Positions 50,341 through 63,900 of a stretch of 64,000 nucleotides of DNA are shown here, piece after piece; position 1 is the first letter of the stretch, and every line of letters begins with the position of its first letter. Made by a program: the position numbers and the translations under genes. The stretch spans positions 16,129,045-16,193,044 of the forward strand of contig NC_092680.1 in the NCBI RefSeq assembly GCF_964355755.1, in the 5' to 3' direction. The notes under the pieces are model-generated. The model did no database searches, had not been told where the DNA came from, and was given only the letters and a program-made list of their open reading frames with translations. The DNA comes from Antedon mediterranea. Lineage: Eukaryota > Animalia > Echinodermata.

Positions 50341-51872
50341 CGGGGACAGGTTGTTGTGATAGTTGCCGTAATTCTAGGGGGAAAATACAAAGCTATGAAA
50401 TAATAATAATATTTGTGTGTAAACGCTTAATTCAACTAGGTTAAGCCAGGCTCAATCTTAAATTAATAACAAATGTGATTGTTTTACCTGAAATATTGAA
50501 AACTTTTCCTTGAACAACATCATCTCCAAGTCGATTTCCTAGTAGGTCGTAGAGTAGTAGTGCCCTCGCAAATAAGTATAAATTAATTATAATTAATTAT
50601 ACAAATTAACTTACAAGTGTCAAACTACCAAGACACTTAATATATACCTAAATATGTTAGTGAATGCTCAAACATCGCAGTAATAATATGACATCATCAT
50701 TTCTATATACTTCACATTACTTAACATTTTTTTTAACACATGAAGTTTGATAGTGTAGACAGAGCTTAAAAATCATAGCTTTATTCAGTATTTTAACAAG
50801 TTACACAATAATGTATATACAGCTCAGACTATATATTAAAAAAACAAGGCCATATAACATGGCTGCAGTCACGTGCGCAAATTTGAGTTAGTGTTTACCG
50901 ATCGACCAACCGACCGACCAACCGACCGACATAGTGAGCTGTTTGCATGTGACTAAAAATGTCAACTACTAAGTTAAGACTTAATAATTATTTATTTTAT
51001 TGAAATTAATTAAAATTGTAATTGAATATTCTTACCTGAAATCATCCGAGATATCAGTCGTGGCAGGGTTTCGTGAAAAAGAAAAAACAATCAAGTCATA
51101 CTAACTATACAGTACTTATATAAAGTAAACTAAATCTTGAAAAAAAAAATACAATATAATTTACCTATAACGGGTGAAAGGATTGCCCTGAATAAACGTC
51201 ATGAATACCGTAGTTGCTGCTTCATTGGCAAACTAAGATAGAAACAAATATAATAACTAATAAAATAACTAATTTAGGATCAATATTTGAGATACAATGA
51301 ACGCGAGAGGGCGCCTTTATGTTTCTAAATAGAATAATTATCAGAGTTATTTGCGTGACCAAGACTACTGGAAATAGCCGAAACGCAGCAAGTAAGTACC
51401 TGACAATTGGTTAACCGAAAAGTTACACATTTATTATATAAAAAAAGAATAATTATCATTAATAGATTAAAAGAATTATCAGAGTGAAGAGATATAAAAA
51501 CATCTAGTTAGTTATATTACATTTTTAATTTATTAACTTTGGAAATTATACATAATAATTAATAACAAATCGTATATACTTACTTAGATACAATACTTAC
51601 CAATAGCAACAGGTTCGTGTTTTTTTTAAATATTGTTATTGTTATATATACTATTATTATCATTATGCGAGATTCGTTCTGTTTTTTATATATTTATTTT
51701 TAAAACTTAAGTATGAACATAAATAAACTAATATAATAAATAAGAGAGAGAAACAAACATTGATGAATATATGTTTTTTATATTATTTAATGATGTTTAT
51801 ATTATCAATATTACTACTATATTATTCGTTAAATATTTGAACGCTATGAATGTGAATAATAAAAAAAAATGT

Positions 51873-53097
51873 TTAAATCAAACGCTGGTTAATACCCCGG
51901 CATGATGGAATGATCTTTTCATTTTCATTGATGGTGTGCAAGATTTTGATTACAAGATCAAGAGATAGTCGATCATCAGCATTGAATGCTGTACAAGCCT
52001 GTCCAAGGTCAATCATCTCCTTACTTCCAATTGCTAATGCTATGATCTTTAAAGCATGACCGACAGAATACACGTCACCCTTAACTGAATCGCAAGCACC
52101 ATTAAGATATTTTTCTGGTGCTACGTCTGGATAATCTTGGCGGAACTGTAGGCCCTCGTTCATCGATGAAAACGTTAACTTCTTATGTTCTCGTGGGTAT
52201 TGCAGTCTGCATGCCATCCCGAAATCTGTAATCTTCGCTCTATAGGTGGTTCCATCGTGGTGGATTAAGATGTTTCTAAGCGCTACGTCATTGTGAAGCA
52301 GTCCTCTTTGATGGATGGTTTTGAGGGCAGTGACCACTTCTATTGCCATAGACATACATTCAAGCGCACTTAATGACGGTTGTCCTGTTTGCAATACCTG
52401 CAGGAATGTTGTACTGGACATGTTGCGAATGTTTCCTATAAACTCCTGTACCATACAGCATACCTGACCTTGGCGAAAAACGCCAAAGACTTGAGGAACT
52501 GAAGGTAGATCGTATAAAAACTTCATAACACGCGCTTCCATAACCATCTGGTACCATGCTTCATCAGGATTGTTGTAACTATCCAAAAAAGCCGTCTTGA
52601 CTGCGACAAGGAGTTGATGACCTGGAAATAGATTCGATGACATCAAGTCAACACGTCCATAACTTCCCTGCCCAAGACGTACAGGATTACGAAGGTGGGA
52701 GACGCATGTGCTATCCAATAACCTCATAAGCGGCAGCATTTCAGAAAGTTTTGATGTAGCATCTCTACAGTTACCAACGGATTTTGGTGAGGTGGTGGTG
52801 TTACTTGTCGACGAACTATCGAAGCTACTGGCAGATGACAATGGCCATTGCGATGAAGAAGATGATGGAACACTACCAAAACGTTTTCTTTGTGAATTCT
52901 TACCAAATGATAACGCGGATGTTGGTTTTTTAACAATACACTGGGGTGGAGAAGCGGTAGATGCCGAGGATGACGACGCCGCACTACGAACACGTTGCCT
53001 TGGGAGAATGATCTTTCCGGGTGATAGACCTGGTGGTATGGCAAGTATTTGGCCAGGAGAAAGCGCGAATGCTGATGACCGTTGCCGAGACGATTGC

Positions 53098-53133
<36 letters not shown>

Positions 53134-53301
53134 AATAATGACGATGATGACGATGACGATGACGATGATGATGACGATGACGAACTTAAGTTGCTATCCG
53201 CTGATTCATCACTTCTGATACAAAAAAGATGAATTACTGCTGTCCAAATCCTTCTAAATATTGACTTTCTTCTTGCTTGCTGTGGTACCTCCTGTTGAGA
53301 T
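51873..53301 (-). CDS. Protein kinase main exon (poly-Ser low-complexity N-region plus non-RD kinase domain)
   Basis: LGQGSYGRV, VAVK, alphaC E, LLHNDVALRNILI, KITDFGMA, DVAPE, DVYSVG, R of subdomain XI; phase-2 acceptor gttttgttttgaattaagtag|A. Confidence 0.92.
53090..53183. repeat. Coding (GAT)n/(TCA)n microsatellite encoding poly-Ser
   Basis: Direct inspection; frame preserved. Confidence 0.9.
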
Positions 53302-53927
53302 CTACTTAATTCAAAACAAAACATTAGAATTAATTCATAACATTCACACTAAATTATTCGATAGCGATGCTCTTCATTTAGCTTTGTAGGCCTACACTCA
53401 GCATGTTATCAGGGCTATGTCATATAAAGACTATCCTAGTATTTGTAAGCACAGGAGCTAGTCTTGTGGTACACAAATTACAATCACTTTTCTGCCTACC
53501 TTGACTACTGCAGACCCACGAACTAGGTCTAGTCTAGGACATACTGGCTATATTTATTATTATTATTATTATTACATATAGGCATTAGGATTAGGTCTAG
53601 GTTAGTATAACTGTGATGGCCTACTTAATCTATATTAGGTAGGCATAGGAAGGATATTTATAGCTCCTAATTTCCTAGGCCTAAGAATAAGAGTTTTTAT
53701 TATGCCTAGGTTAGCTTGACATAGTTTAGCTAGGCTACCTATCTAGTATTTAGGCCTGCTTCAAGACAAGGCCATACTTAGGTTGAAAATCTCTCTCTAG
53801 TCTAGTAGCCTACAGTCTAGCCTAGTAGATAGAGGATAGACCTACCTACCTAGTTCACTACTACCTAGTCTAGTACTTTAGCCTACTAGCGGCATAGTTA
53901 GTAATTACTACTTTCCTATCCTATCAC

Positions 53928-55953
53928 TAGGTATCCCAATGAAGCGGATTTTCGTTACCGCGATTTTAACACGTTCGTGAAATTTCAAAAAGTGACGTGT
54001 CTTTGAAGTTAAAAATATACTATTTCTTATATACACATGTGAATAAAAATTATATGTCTGGAAAGATCTTGTTTAAGGGATTATTTTCATATATTTTTAA
54101 TCTATGTTTATTAAATATTGTAATAGAAAACGCGAGTTAAAAATGAGGTACAAAAGCCGGCGAGCCGAAATCCGCGCGCTAAAAATAACTTTGGAAAACA
54201 CCTACCCATTTTCAAAACACGATCGCACGAGGTCCATAATAGGTGGTGGAGTAATTTTTGTTGCATGTTATCAGGCTTTAAATACTCTTTATTTTGATAT
54301 GTAAATCGGTTATTATTATTATGTACATCCGCCTCAAATGTCAATTTTAACGATAAAAATTGAATTTTTTAGTCTTTCTCATTATCAAAATTTGGCTAAT
54401 TTAGTATTGAATTGAAGCTAATTTATATTTCTGTTTGATAAACCACATCGTTTTATTTGACTTTGCGTGGACCTCGTGCGAAGAGGCCAACAAGACCAAC
54501 CACTGAAAAAAATAATCCCTACCAAAAATATCAGTGTTTACCATTTTCCTTACGGGGGGGATTCAGTTCTCCGCTTATTACTAAATTACCGTCGCCCAGA
54601 CAATGTGCATGGTATGCATGTATTAGCGCGTTAATTAATGATTGGATAACCCCTGCAGTGGACTGTTCCATTTTCTGAACTAGTCTTCGCCGCACACGAG
54701 GCATGTCGAAAAATGTCGCCTCTCATGGAATATTTGCTTCGAAACGTCAATTTTACCGATTTATTAAATTATTTAATAAGTGGAATATTTATAAATCTAT
54801 TATATAAAGCAAGTACGTTAGGAAGAAATGTACCGAAGAAATTTAAGAAGCTTTGATTTTGCTATGCAGCGGCCGTAAGCCATTCTATGTAGGCGGCCGA
54901 AACGCGCTTTGGCCTGTGTTGCCGTTGTATGTCTACGCTGTTTCTAGGCCTAAATTTTATTCCGTATATTTCAATTCAAAGTGCAACTTTCGGTTAGAAT
55001 AATCGAAAGGGAAATAAAATTAAACATGTTACAATTATACCATTGAGGTAATTACTTTGTTAAATAAAAAATTTCTTCCCGATATTTCTTAGTCTTAGGC
55101 AGAATTTAGCGTCAGGCTTTTATTTAGACCTTAGGGGCCTATATAACTTAACTTGTAGTAGGCGCGGCCGAGTCTACGTTCGGCCCGGCGCTCCAAATGG
55201 AATCGAACACATAATAAGCACGGGCTTAATTCTTATTTTTGGCGGTTCGAAAATCAATTAAAATACTATATGATTATAAATATAACTTTAAATACTAGAA
55301 TTAAAAAAAAAATGTATACTTACGAAAAATAATATTTAATTAAAAGAAACAATACCCACACAGTTTTTTAACGCAATATTTTTTTTTTTCACATTTTAAC
55401 ATTTTTTAACAATATTTTATGTTGTATTTCAGAATTACCTACCTGTCAATATAAATAACCTTACTAAAATACATATTACATTTTATGCAATGCAAAAAAA
55501 AAGAAGTTAATTCACACATTGGTTCAAAAGTTATGAATCATTTAAAGACAGGAACTTTTTGGGCATTTTTGAGACATTGGGAAAATCACGCGTAAAAAGC
55601 CCTCGGACGAATTTTGGAGGGCGATATCTAAAAAAAAATATGTCGAGGACACCCAAAAAAAAAAATTCTTGTACAACTCTGTCGTATCTATGGGTTTGGA
55701 AAAAATAAGAACTTTAAAATTATTAGTATAAAAGTTATAACCCTTCAAAAATGGGTTCAAATATAATTAGAAAAAGTGCCATTTTTCAAGCAAAAATCAC
55801 TGTTTTTTGGGCACTTTAATGGACCATAACTTTTGAATGGATAATCCGATTTCAATCATTTAAATTGCAAAAGTTTATGTTCAGTAAGTTCCTTCTGATT
55901 AACTGAAAGAAAAAGTACCATCATTAATTTGAATTTTTACATTGGGATACCTA
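53928..55953. mobile_element. Non-autonomous hAT-like element with 7-bp TSD (hATw-like)
   Basis: TIR TAGGTATCCCAATG...CATTGGGATACCTA; TSD CTATCAC at 53921-53927 and 55954-55960. Confidence 0.88.
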
Positions 55954-55960
55954 CTATCAC

Positions 55961-56960
55961 GAGGCCTAGCTAGGCCTAGTAGCTACTACTAGTACTAGTA
56001 AGCTACAGTACGTTTAGTTTTACGCACAGGGGCAAGCCTCTAGGCTAGGCCTAGCAAGACTATGCTAGACAAGGAAAGAGGGAGTAGGCATGATAGACTA
56101 GAGTACAGCAGTACTTTACGCACGGCTACTCTAGCTAGATAGAGGGTCGGGCTAGTAAGTCCTAGCTAGTAGTAGGCTACACTAGCCTAGCTAGTAGTAC
56201 TAGTAAGGCTAGCTAGGCTCTCTCTAGCATAGGCCTAGATGTAGGCCCTCTAGTATGCCTCTAGGCTAGGTTTTAGGCCCAACTAGGCTAGGACCTTCCT
56301 AGCCTAGGCCTAGGCATACTGTAGTATTTCTATTTATTAAGCCAACAGCTTTAGCTAGCTAGGCCTACTACTAGGCCTAGTACTACTAGTAGTACTACTA
56401 CTAGGCCTAGGCCTACTACTACTGGGCGGGCCTAGTAGTAGCCTACCTAGGCTAAGCCCTTAGCCTAGCAGCCAGGCCAGGGAGCCTTAACAATTTATCA
56501 TTTTATTAATTAAGGCTCCCTAGGCAATACCTAGCCTAAATGTAGGCCTCCTGTAGGCCTAGCTAGCCTGGCTTAGGCTATGCCTGCTACAGTACTAGCC
56601 TACTAGCCTAGCCTTAGGCCTAGGCTAGTAGTAGTAAAACTAGCTAGGCTTGCCAGCTAGGGCCTAGTTACTAGGCAGGCCTAGTAGGCCTGGCCTACTA
56701 GGTCTAGGCCTAGGTACTGCTACTAAATAAAAAGGGGCTGGCTGGCTGGGGCCGGGCCTAGCCCTAGCTAGCAAGGTTGGTTATAGGTTACCTACCTAGG
56801 CCTAGTAGGGCCTTCTACCTATATGCCTACTAGGCTAGTAGCTAGCCTAGGCTTCTCTGATCCTACGCCCTGAGTGTACTAGGCCTACACTAGTAGTAGG
56901 CCTAGGCTAGGCTAGTCCTTTTTAGGCCTAGGGCCTAGGCCTAGGCCTATGCCTAACTAA
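55961..56960. repeat. TAGGCCTA/CTAG-rich low-complexity tract (continues at 53520-53920 on the other side of the hAT element)
   Basis: Dense shuffled palindromic words TAGGCCTA, CTAG, TAGTACTA. Confidence 0.9.
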
Positions 56961-57009
56961 CGAAACAAACAATACATTTGTTCAAAGTCAAAAAAAAGCC
57001 TGGGCCTAC

Positions 57010-57080
57010 CCTTCTTCATTTGGTTGGTTCATGATTTCTTGATGTTGAAGAAGCTCATTCGAGTTGTTAATGTTGGCCAT
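57010..57080 (-). CDS. Probable first coding exon of the kinase
   Basis: gcaATGG start; MANINNSNELLQHQEIMNQPNEE-G; phase-2 donor GG|gtaggc matches the phase-2 acceptor at 53301, giving 1500 nt in total. Confidence 0.65.
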
Positions 57081-58703
57081 TGCTTGGTTAACAGAATCTT
57101 AGAATAATTTTCGAATTCGAATTTTGCTTAGTAACACGTTATGTGAAGACTACAGCACACGTTAAAACAACTGATAGAGAGAAATCTCAGGTTGTTGTCG
57201 ATTTTTAGGTGGCCGATTCGCTACTTATATAGATAATTAGTAGCGCGTACGCGTGCACGTTCGAAATGCATCTTTTTGTTCTATGCGCGGTGAAAAGAAC
57301 GGTCGGAACGTTCCATGGTTGCCATGATACACTTATCGAAATTCCATCGATCATTTTCGTTGAGAGCTGGGACAAAGATTGTATAGCGCCGCTAAACAAT
57401 CTTTGGTTAGGAGCCCTGGCCTAGCCTATTATGCAAACTTACCAAGGCACTGTTATTGACTGCTATTTTCAAATTGACTTTCTCCTAATGATACATGCCG
57501 GGGATACATGGTACCTGCTATAATCAATGGATGATTATGATTAATTTATGTCAACAAAATGTTACGCGAAATAAGGAAAGATGATATAATTCGGCCGGTT
57601 AGCAAGCAAGGAGGTTGCCGTATAGTCTTCCGATTTCCAACAATAAAATAACTCCTACTTTCCTTCAATTCCCAATATGAAAGTATAGGTCAAGGCCTGG
57701 GCGGGCCTTTTGTATGCCTATTTTAGAAATAGTTATAATGAACACTCTCTAACTAAACAAGTTATTAATTAGGAATACGTCATGCCTAGAGAGTAGGCCA
57801 GCTACTTTCTGTTTTAATTTGGTTGTCTAAAAAGGGGAAATTTTCTTCAGATAGGCCTAAAATAGGGGAGGCCTAAAACTAAGAAGATACGACCAAGAAT
57901 TATTTTTGACAAAGAAAATGACAAAGAAATAGAAAAACAGAGAAAGGCGTGGGAAAAAAAGGTGACGGCCAAACGCGGGCCAAACGCCTTAAACCGAGCT
58001 ACCCGCAGGCTACTACTCAAGAAACTAAAGAAACTAACTAAAAATGTTACCAACTTGTTATGTTATTTTTGCAGTAGGCCTACACCACGTATAGTTATGA
58101 AAAGAACTGTTGTTTTTCTCGACGTTTCGATCAACAATAATAATAATATGCTTAATCGTTCTCAGGAGTATCAAAGCATATTGATCGAAACGAATCAACA
58201 GTTGATTTCGCCATGCAACTTTTCAAACAATATAAGTAGTAACTTATATATATATATAAATATGTATAGGCCTATACTAATAATTATTCGCGAGTAGGAA
58301 GGAGTCAACGAGGTTTGCCATAGTCAAATAGAAAGTAAAGTAATACAAATTCTGCTTTTATTGAATTACATTGCTTTAAAAAAAATTGACTTCGTTCAAT
58401 TCTTCCTTTGAACTTTTCAATCGTATGTTTCTTCGCTGCTCTGAATTTACTTTTAATTATAACGCTTTCCAAATTGACCGTTGATTCTCGGTCACTGTAT
58501 CTATTTCCAAAGTATCGTAGGAATATTTGGTAATAAAACATTACATGTGCTTCGTTCACATAATAGTATCTTACCATTAACCTTACATACAGGCACCACA
58601 TGCTATATAAATGAGATGCTGTAATCCTGTATTACCAAATATTTCGCATAGGCCCTATTTTTAGAATATAGGCCTATAACAATGTGTAATATCACAACGC
58701 TAA

Positions 58704-58881
58704 AGCTTGGTTCCCACTAGAACGTAACGCAAGGACGTAAACGCAACGCAAGCGTTTAACCAATGACAAGCGAAGTTATAGACAGTTAGCAATCACAAGC
58801 GAATAAGCCATCGCTTTTGATTGGTCAATTCACTTGCGTTGCGTTACGTCCTTGCGTTGCGTCGATAGTGGGAACCACGCT
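58704..58881. mobile_element. Harbinger-like MITE
   Basis: agcttggttcccactagaacgtaacgcaaggacgtaa...ttacgtccttgcgttgcgtcgatagtgggaaccacgct; a half copy lies at about 31970-32000 upstream of the Ig gene. Confidence 0.8.
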
Positions 58882-59547
58882 GAAAGGGGCCATCTTGTTT
58901 TACTATATTATAATTATTTCTTATGAATACTTTTGGCATGCCGTCCAAAGTACATACAAAAAATACCGTAGGCCTACTTGCTTTATTATGTTTTTATTTG
59001 CACAATCGATATAAAACGTCCATAATTATGTTTTTCCGCATATAGCTATTATATACCAACCATCGATATATTGATGACGTAAAAAAGTGTCTTTATCTTT
59101 GGTACGAAATGTTAAAAATAGGACGTATCTGTTTGCTCTCTGTATTGCGGCTGAGTGCGTTGGATTTTATAATTTTTGCATAATTGCTCAAATGTCTAAT
59201 ATTAGTCATATTCAGCTTAAATCAGAAAATGTAAACATTGTGGCGCAATACTATGTTTCACAATCGCCTCGAACTGAATTATACAATTTGTTTTATAGAT
59301 TAATTAAACCATAATAGGACTATATGCTACAGTCGTACAGTATGGTCACATGGTTTTATCTGACACAATTGTTATCTCAGCTTTTTTTTATCAACACGCC
59401 TCGCTATAGTTTATGCTTGCCATGTGATTGATTAATTCCGCATTAGGCCCTATGTGTCGTGTATAAGTTTTACTCAACGGAAAATTGATAGACAGTACTG
59501 AACGGCACAATTTATACGTTCAGCTTTCAAGTAAAACATTTTCTCGC

Positions 59548-59850
59548 GTAATCACCTCCTCCAGCCATGAATTTATATTTTTGTCTGAGATATTTGTGTG
59601 TTGGTAGGTGTGTTTGTTGCAGGATAATATCAGAACTGATGAAAGGCTCTTTACCAAATTTAAACCACGTATGTGGTCACGAACGACTCCATTCGATTTT
59701 GGAGGCAATCCTGACCAGAATTCCAATTCTAGACCGCTTTTTATTACTTTACTAATTTTAGGCCGTAGTGTAATACGTCAAAAACTACAAGACGAATCTT
59801 TCTCTTTTTACTCAGGCGAAAGTTGCAACTCTCTGATTGCTCATTGTTAG
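59548..59850. mobile_element. Helentron/HINE-like short element
   Basis: taatcacctcc...(gtgt/gttt) microsatellite...ctctctgattgctcattgtt organisation. Confidence 0.45.
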
Positions 59851-60851
59851 TAGGCATATTATTTCACTTTAAACATAACATTACTTTAGAAGATCAGTGT
59901 ATTGGTTATATTTATTCAATAATACCGGTGCAGGAAATACAGGCATGTGATAAAACAACCTATGCCTATGTACAAAAACATTATGTCTATGAACGTGTAC
60001 AACACTAGTAGTTAACTTCAAAGCTATAAATAGATCAATCATAATTGTGTATTACAAAGATGATAAAAACTACTGTATGTAACAGGTATTTATTTAAGAG
60101 TTTCCAAGTAACATAAACAAAAATAGTCCATACCATACATACATTTTATAATATAAAGAATACTGTAATTGTTGCTATTTCTAGGTAAATAAATTAATAA
60201 ACTTGAATTAAATTAAATAAAGTTTATATTCTTGTAGTGTTTCATGAGCATCGGAATTTTGAGTAAATACCGTTGACATCAATCAAAACATGTTCACGCG
60301 TCATGCTAATAATAATACAGATACATTAAATAGAATCAACCTTCTTCATTAAGTTTACATAATAATAAAGTGAAGGTTTACTAATTCAATAAAATCAACA
60401 ATTTGGCGTATAATATATATTATGTACCTTTCCGTAATACTTTGTAAATCAATAAATTGCATTTTTTAAATTTAGCACGCATAAAAAGACTATTATTGTT
60501 TATGGTTGTATGAAACAGATCATTTAATGTATAAAGTTTAATATTGTTCTAGAATATTTAATTTAATTTTTTTCGTCGTGTTTGAAGGAATATCTCTAAT
60601 TGCATTCCTTCATCAATCCAGATGTAGCACTGAATCATTGGAACGGTCTTAAAAAATACAATCAACATGCTTTATAATTTTATAATACATGATTTAATAG
60701 AAAAACAAAGCCACATCTACACAATCATGTCAGTAATATTAAATATCCGGTCTGGTTAAAATTTATAATTTCAACCTTCATAATATTGTGAACTTTATTA
60801 ATTATTGTATAACTTGGTAGAATATTCAAGTTTCTAGCAGAGTGGTATCTA

Positions 60852-60975
60852 CGGTGGCTGATTTCCGGCCTAATACGGCGTTATAACGCCCTAATACGGC
60901 GTTATAACGCCCTAATTACGGCGTTATAACGCCGTATTATTATAAAATGTATTATTTGGCGGAAATCAGCCACCG
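60852..60975. mobile_element. Tc1/mariner-like mini-MITE with 3 x 21-bp palindromic internal repeats
   Basis: TA|CGGTGGCTGATTTCCG...CGGAAATCAGCCACCG|TA; internal GGCGTTATAACGCC x3. Confidence 0.8.
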
Positions 60976-63900
60976 TAGGTACCTCAATACATCATCAATA
61001 TTTTTGCCAGTGTATTGTATTTTCTTGTATGTATTGTAAACTAACAATAATAATTTAAAGAAGTGCAATTTCTCAAAGAGTGTAATCATTTCTCAAAAGT
61101 AGAATAGGAATCTCCACCAACTATCAACATTTCTGCAATAAATTACAACAGATAGATGTTACTTATTGGATCACAATTGTCTACATTGCTCAATATTTTA
61201 TTGTTATAATCGTGTCAAATGTTGTATTGTCACAACTATACTGACAATACAAAATAAATGTTGACTTGGCTTATCATACAAAATTATGAATACCAATTTA
61301 TATTTCAATTTTGCCAAAAGTGTAGTTTATACGAGTAGAATATGCTTTAACCAGAGATAACTATTTTGTTTTGAGTTTTAATAGGGTCAATTTATACAAG
61401 TCCTTTTCAAAAAGACAACATAACGACAACATCTTAGTACAGTATAAACAATCAATTTATTTATCAATATTATTGGCCCAGGTGAAAACAAACAAAAATT
61501 AAAATGACTGAATATCGTGGCTCAAATAATTTTTTAATTGGTTTAATAAATTTCTTTGGTTAAATGTTAAGCATAAAGTACTTAAAATAACATTTTATCA
61601 ATGTCAATAAAAAAAATTATGAAAATGTCAATGTATGATTTAAAAATTCAAAAAAATGTAGAATGCCAATGAATTTAAAAAGATGAAAATGTGCCAAAAC
61701 TGTCAGAAATGCTAACATTATTCCTATAAAAATAATAAAAGTTAATTAAATACCTCCAAATTAATGTAAACCTCCACCTACACCCAAACGCATTCAATGT
61801 AAACATCCATATACCAACAACATTAACATTCATAATTAATAATCTATCTAAAATTAAACATCATTTTATATAACTACAATGAAATGACGAAAACATGAAC
61901 AATAGTGCAGTGAATATCCTAATAAAATATTTACATACCTAGTTTATTATAAATAAAAGCAAATGTTTCATTTTAAACTTTGACCTTTGACCTTATCTTG
62001 CCATTGAACAAATAGATTTTGCACACAATTCACGGAAATATCATATGATACAGTATAGGACTTTCCTTTGGGACACCCTACATATTCAGGAGACACTCCA
62101 GTATTAAGGGGACACTTAGCTGTGAAACAAGGGGAAATATTATAATCAAATAAATATTTGATTTTGAAATTTCTGGCTTGACAGTTTTCACTGGTGAAAT
62201 GTTGGCTGCTAAATTTTCAATTCTTTTAAATTTCTTGATTTCAGAAAATTTATAGTTCATCATTTTCATATATAGGCCTATATATGTTTTCCTCCTATTA
62301 AGGGGACAATTTCGGGTCTTGGTAGTGTCGCCTGAATACAACATGTTATGATTTTCAGAAAATAGTAAATGATACTAGTCAACCATCACAACACAAAACA
62401 TCGGCATACCTAAATTAAGTCAGAAACCTACCTAAAAGTTACTTTATAATACATAGAATACCAAACACAACATATCATATAAAGTATATACAGTACAGTA
62501 TATATATATAGTATTCATCTTTAAACATGATTAAAATGTTCCATTAAAAGGGACAATAAAAAAATTGTATTAAAAATATATCAGCTGCAAACATTTTAAA
62601 CTTTTAAAATTTATTTTCTGTAAATATTGCTTCCAATCAAGACAAATCAAACAAGGTAATACAATATGTAATAGTTATCTAAGTAGGCCTAACAAAAATA
62701 GTACAGTATAGTAACATACAAGTTTAGTAGTAGTTGAGATTAAATATCAATGTTCTGAAATGGTATTTTTTGAAAAAGTGGAGAGAATAATGTAATAATA
62801 AAAAGAGATGTAGATATGATAATGACAAGCCTCAATCAAATAAAATTTGGAGAAATCCAGGGTCATCTTTTTTTTTTTCAAGAAAGTTGATGATTAAAAA
62901 GTTATTCAAAATTATTCGCATCACTCTTGCACTCATTGCAGTATTTTGTTGTAGAGGTTTTGGTAAACAGTCTACAAGTAAAAATAAAACTTTAGCAGTG
63001 TTGTTGCTATGTTGTGGTAAATGTATCGTTTTAAAGGCACTATCAGGTTTTGCTTTATTTGATATATAGTTTAATATCATATTTTATTTATTTTATTTTC
63101 AGTTTTATTATTCCTATATTTGTGTTTATTTATGACCTTCCCAAAACAATTTATCAGTTATTAATTATTATTATTTAATAAGTTTTGTTTAGTAATTTCA
63201 ATTTTGTTTCCATTAAATATGAAGTATGTTTTTTTTCCAGATCTAATTTCAAACTAATATAACACTAATTGTATTGATAACCACACACTTTATTTTTCTT
63301 ACCCTTCTTGAGGTTCACAATGTACTAATCATTTTTTTCTGATGTCATACTCATTTCTTTCTTAAAAAAAGAAAAAAAAATGAAAGGGATTATACTTATA
63401 ACTTAAAATGAATGATAAATGATCAATATGTAATAATAATGATTTTTTCCAAGGTCTAAAACAGATTGGAAATATTCAGCGTTTGAACTTTGAGAAAGAT
63501 CAATAGATCCTACAAATCGAAAGTGATAGTATTGAATTAAGTTACATGATATGCAATGATGATGTACAGAATTATCTTAGCAAACAAATGGATTTTGACA
63601 AAGCAAAATGTATCACAGCCTGTCAATAGTGCACAGTTGGCATCCAATTAACCGAACGAAATAATCTTACAATACAAAACATCTTTGAAAACAAATTCTG
63701 GTATCTGACATGGTTTAAAACCATGTTGATTTGGAATTAGTAGGCAACCTACTGCTGGTTGTTATTTAAAACTTATTTACCGATTGCACTGATATCTTCA
63801 TCTTCATTTCCTACAATGAAAGTCAAACAGTGTTTCATTTCATTTCATTTCATTATTTATTTGGTCTATTTAAGTATATACAAAACAAAAAAAACTGAAA

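Noticed and set aside
52708-53232. Antisense poly-Asp and poly-Met ORFs
   Set aside because: Shadow frames of the kinase poly-Ser microsatellite
53500-53522. 23-bp extra kinase exon
   Set aside because: Has AG/GT ends but would change phase 2 to phase 1, for which no acceptor exists in the main exon; direct splicing already fits
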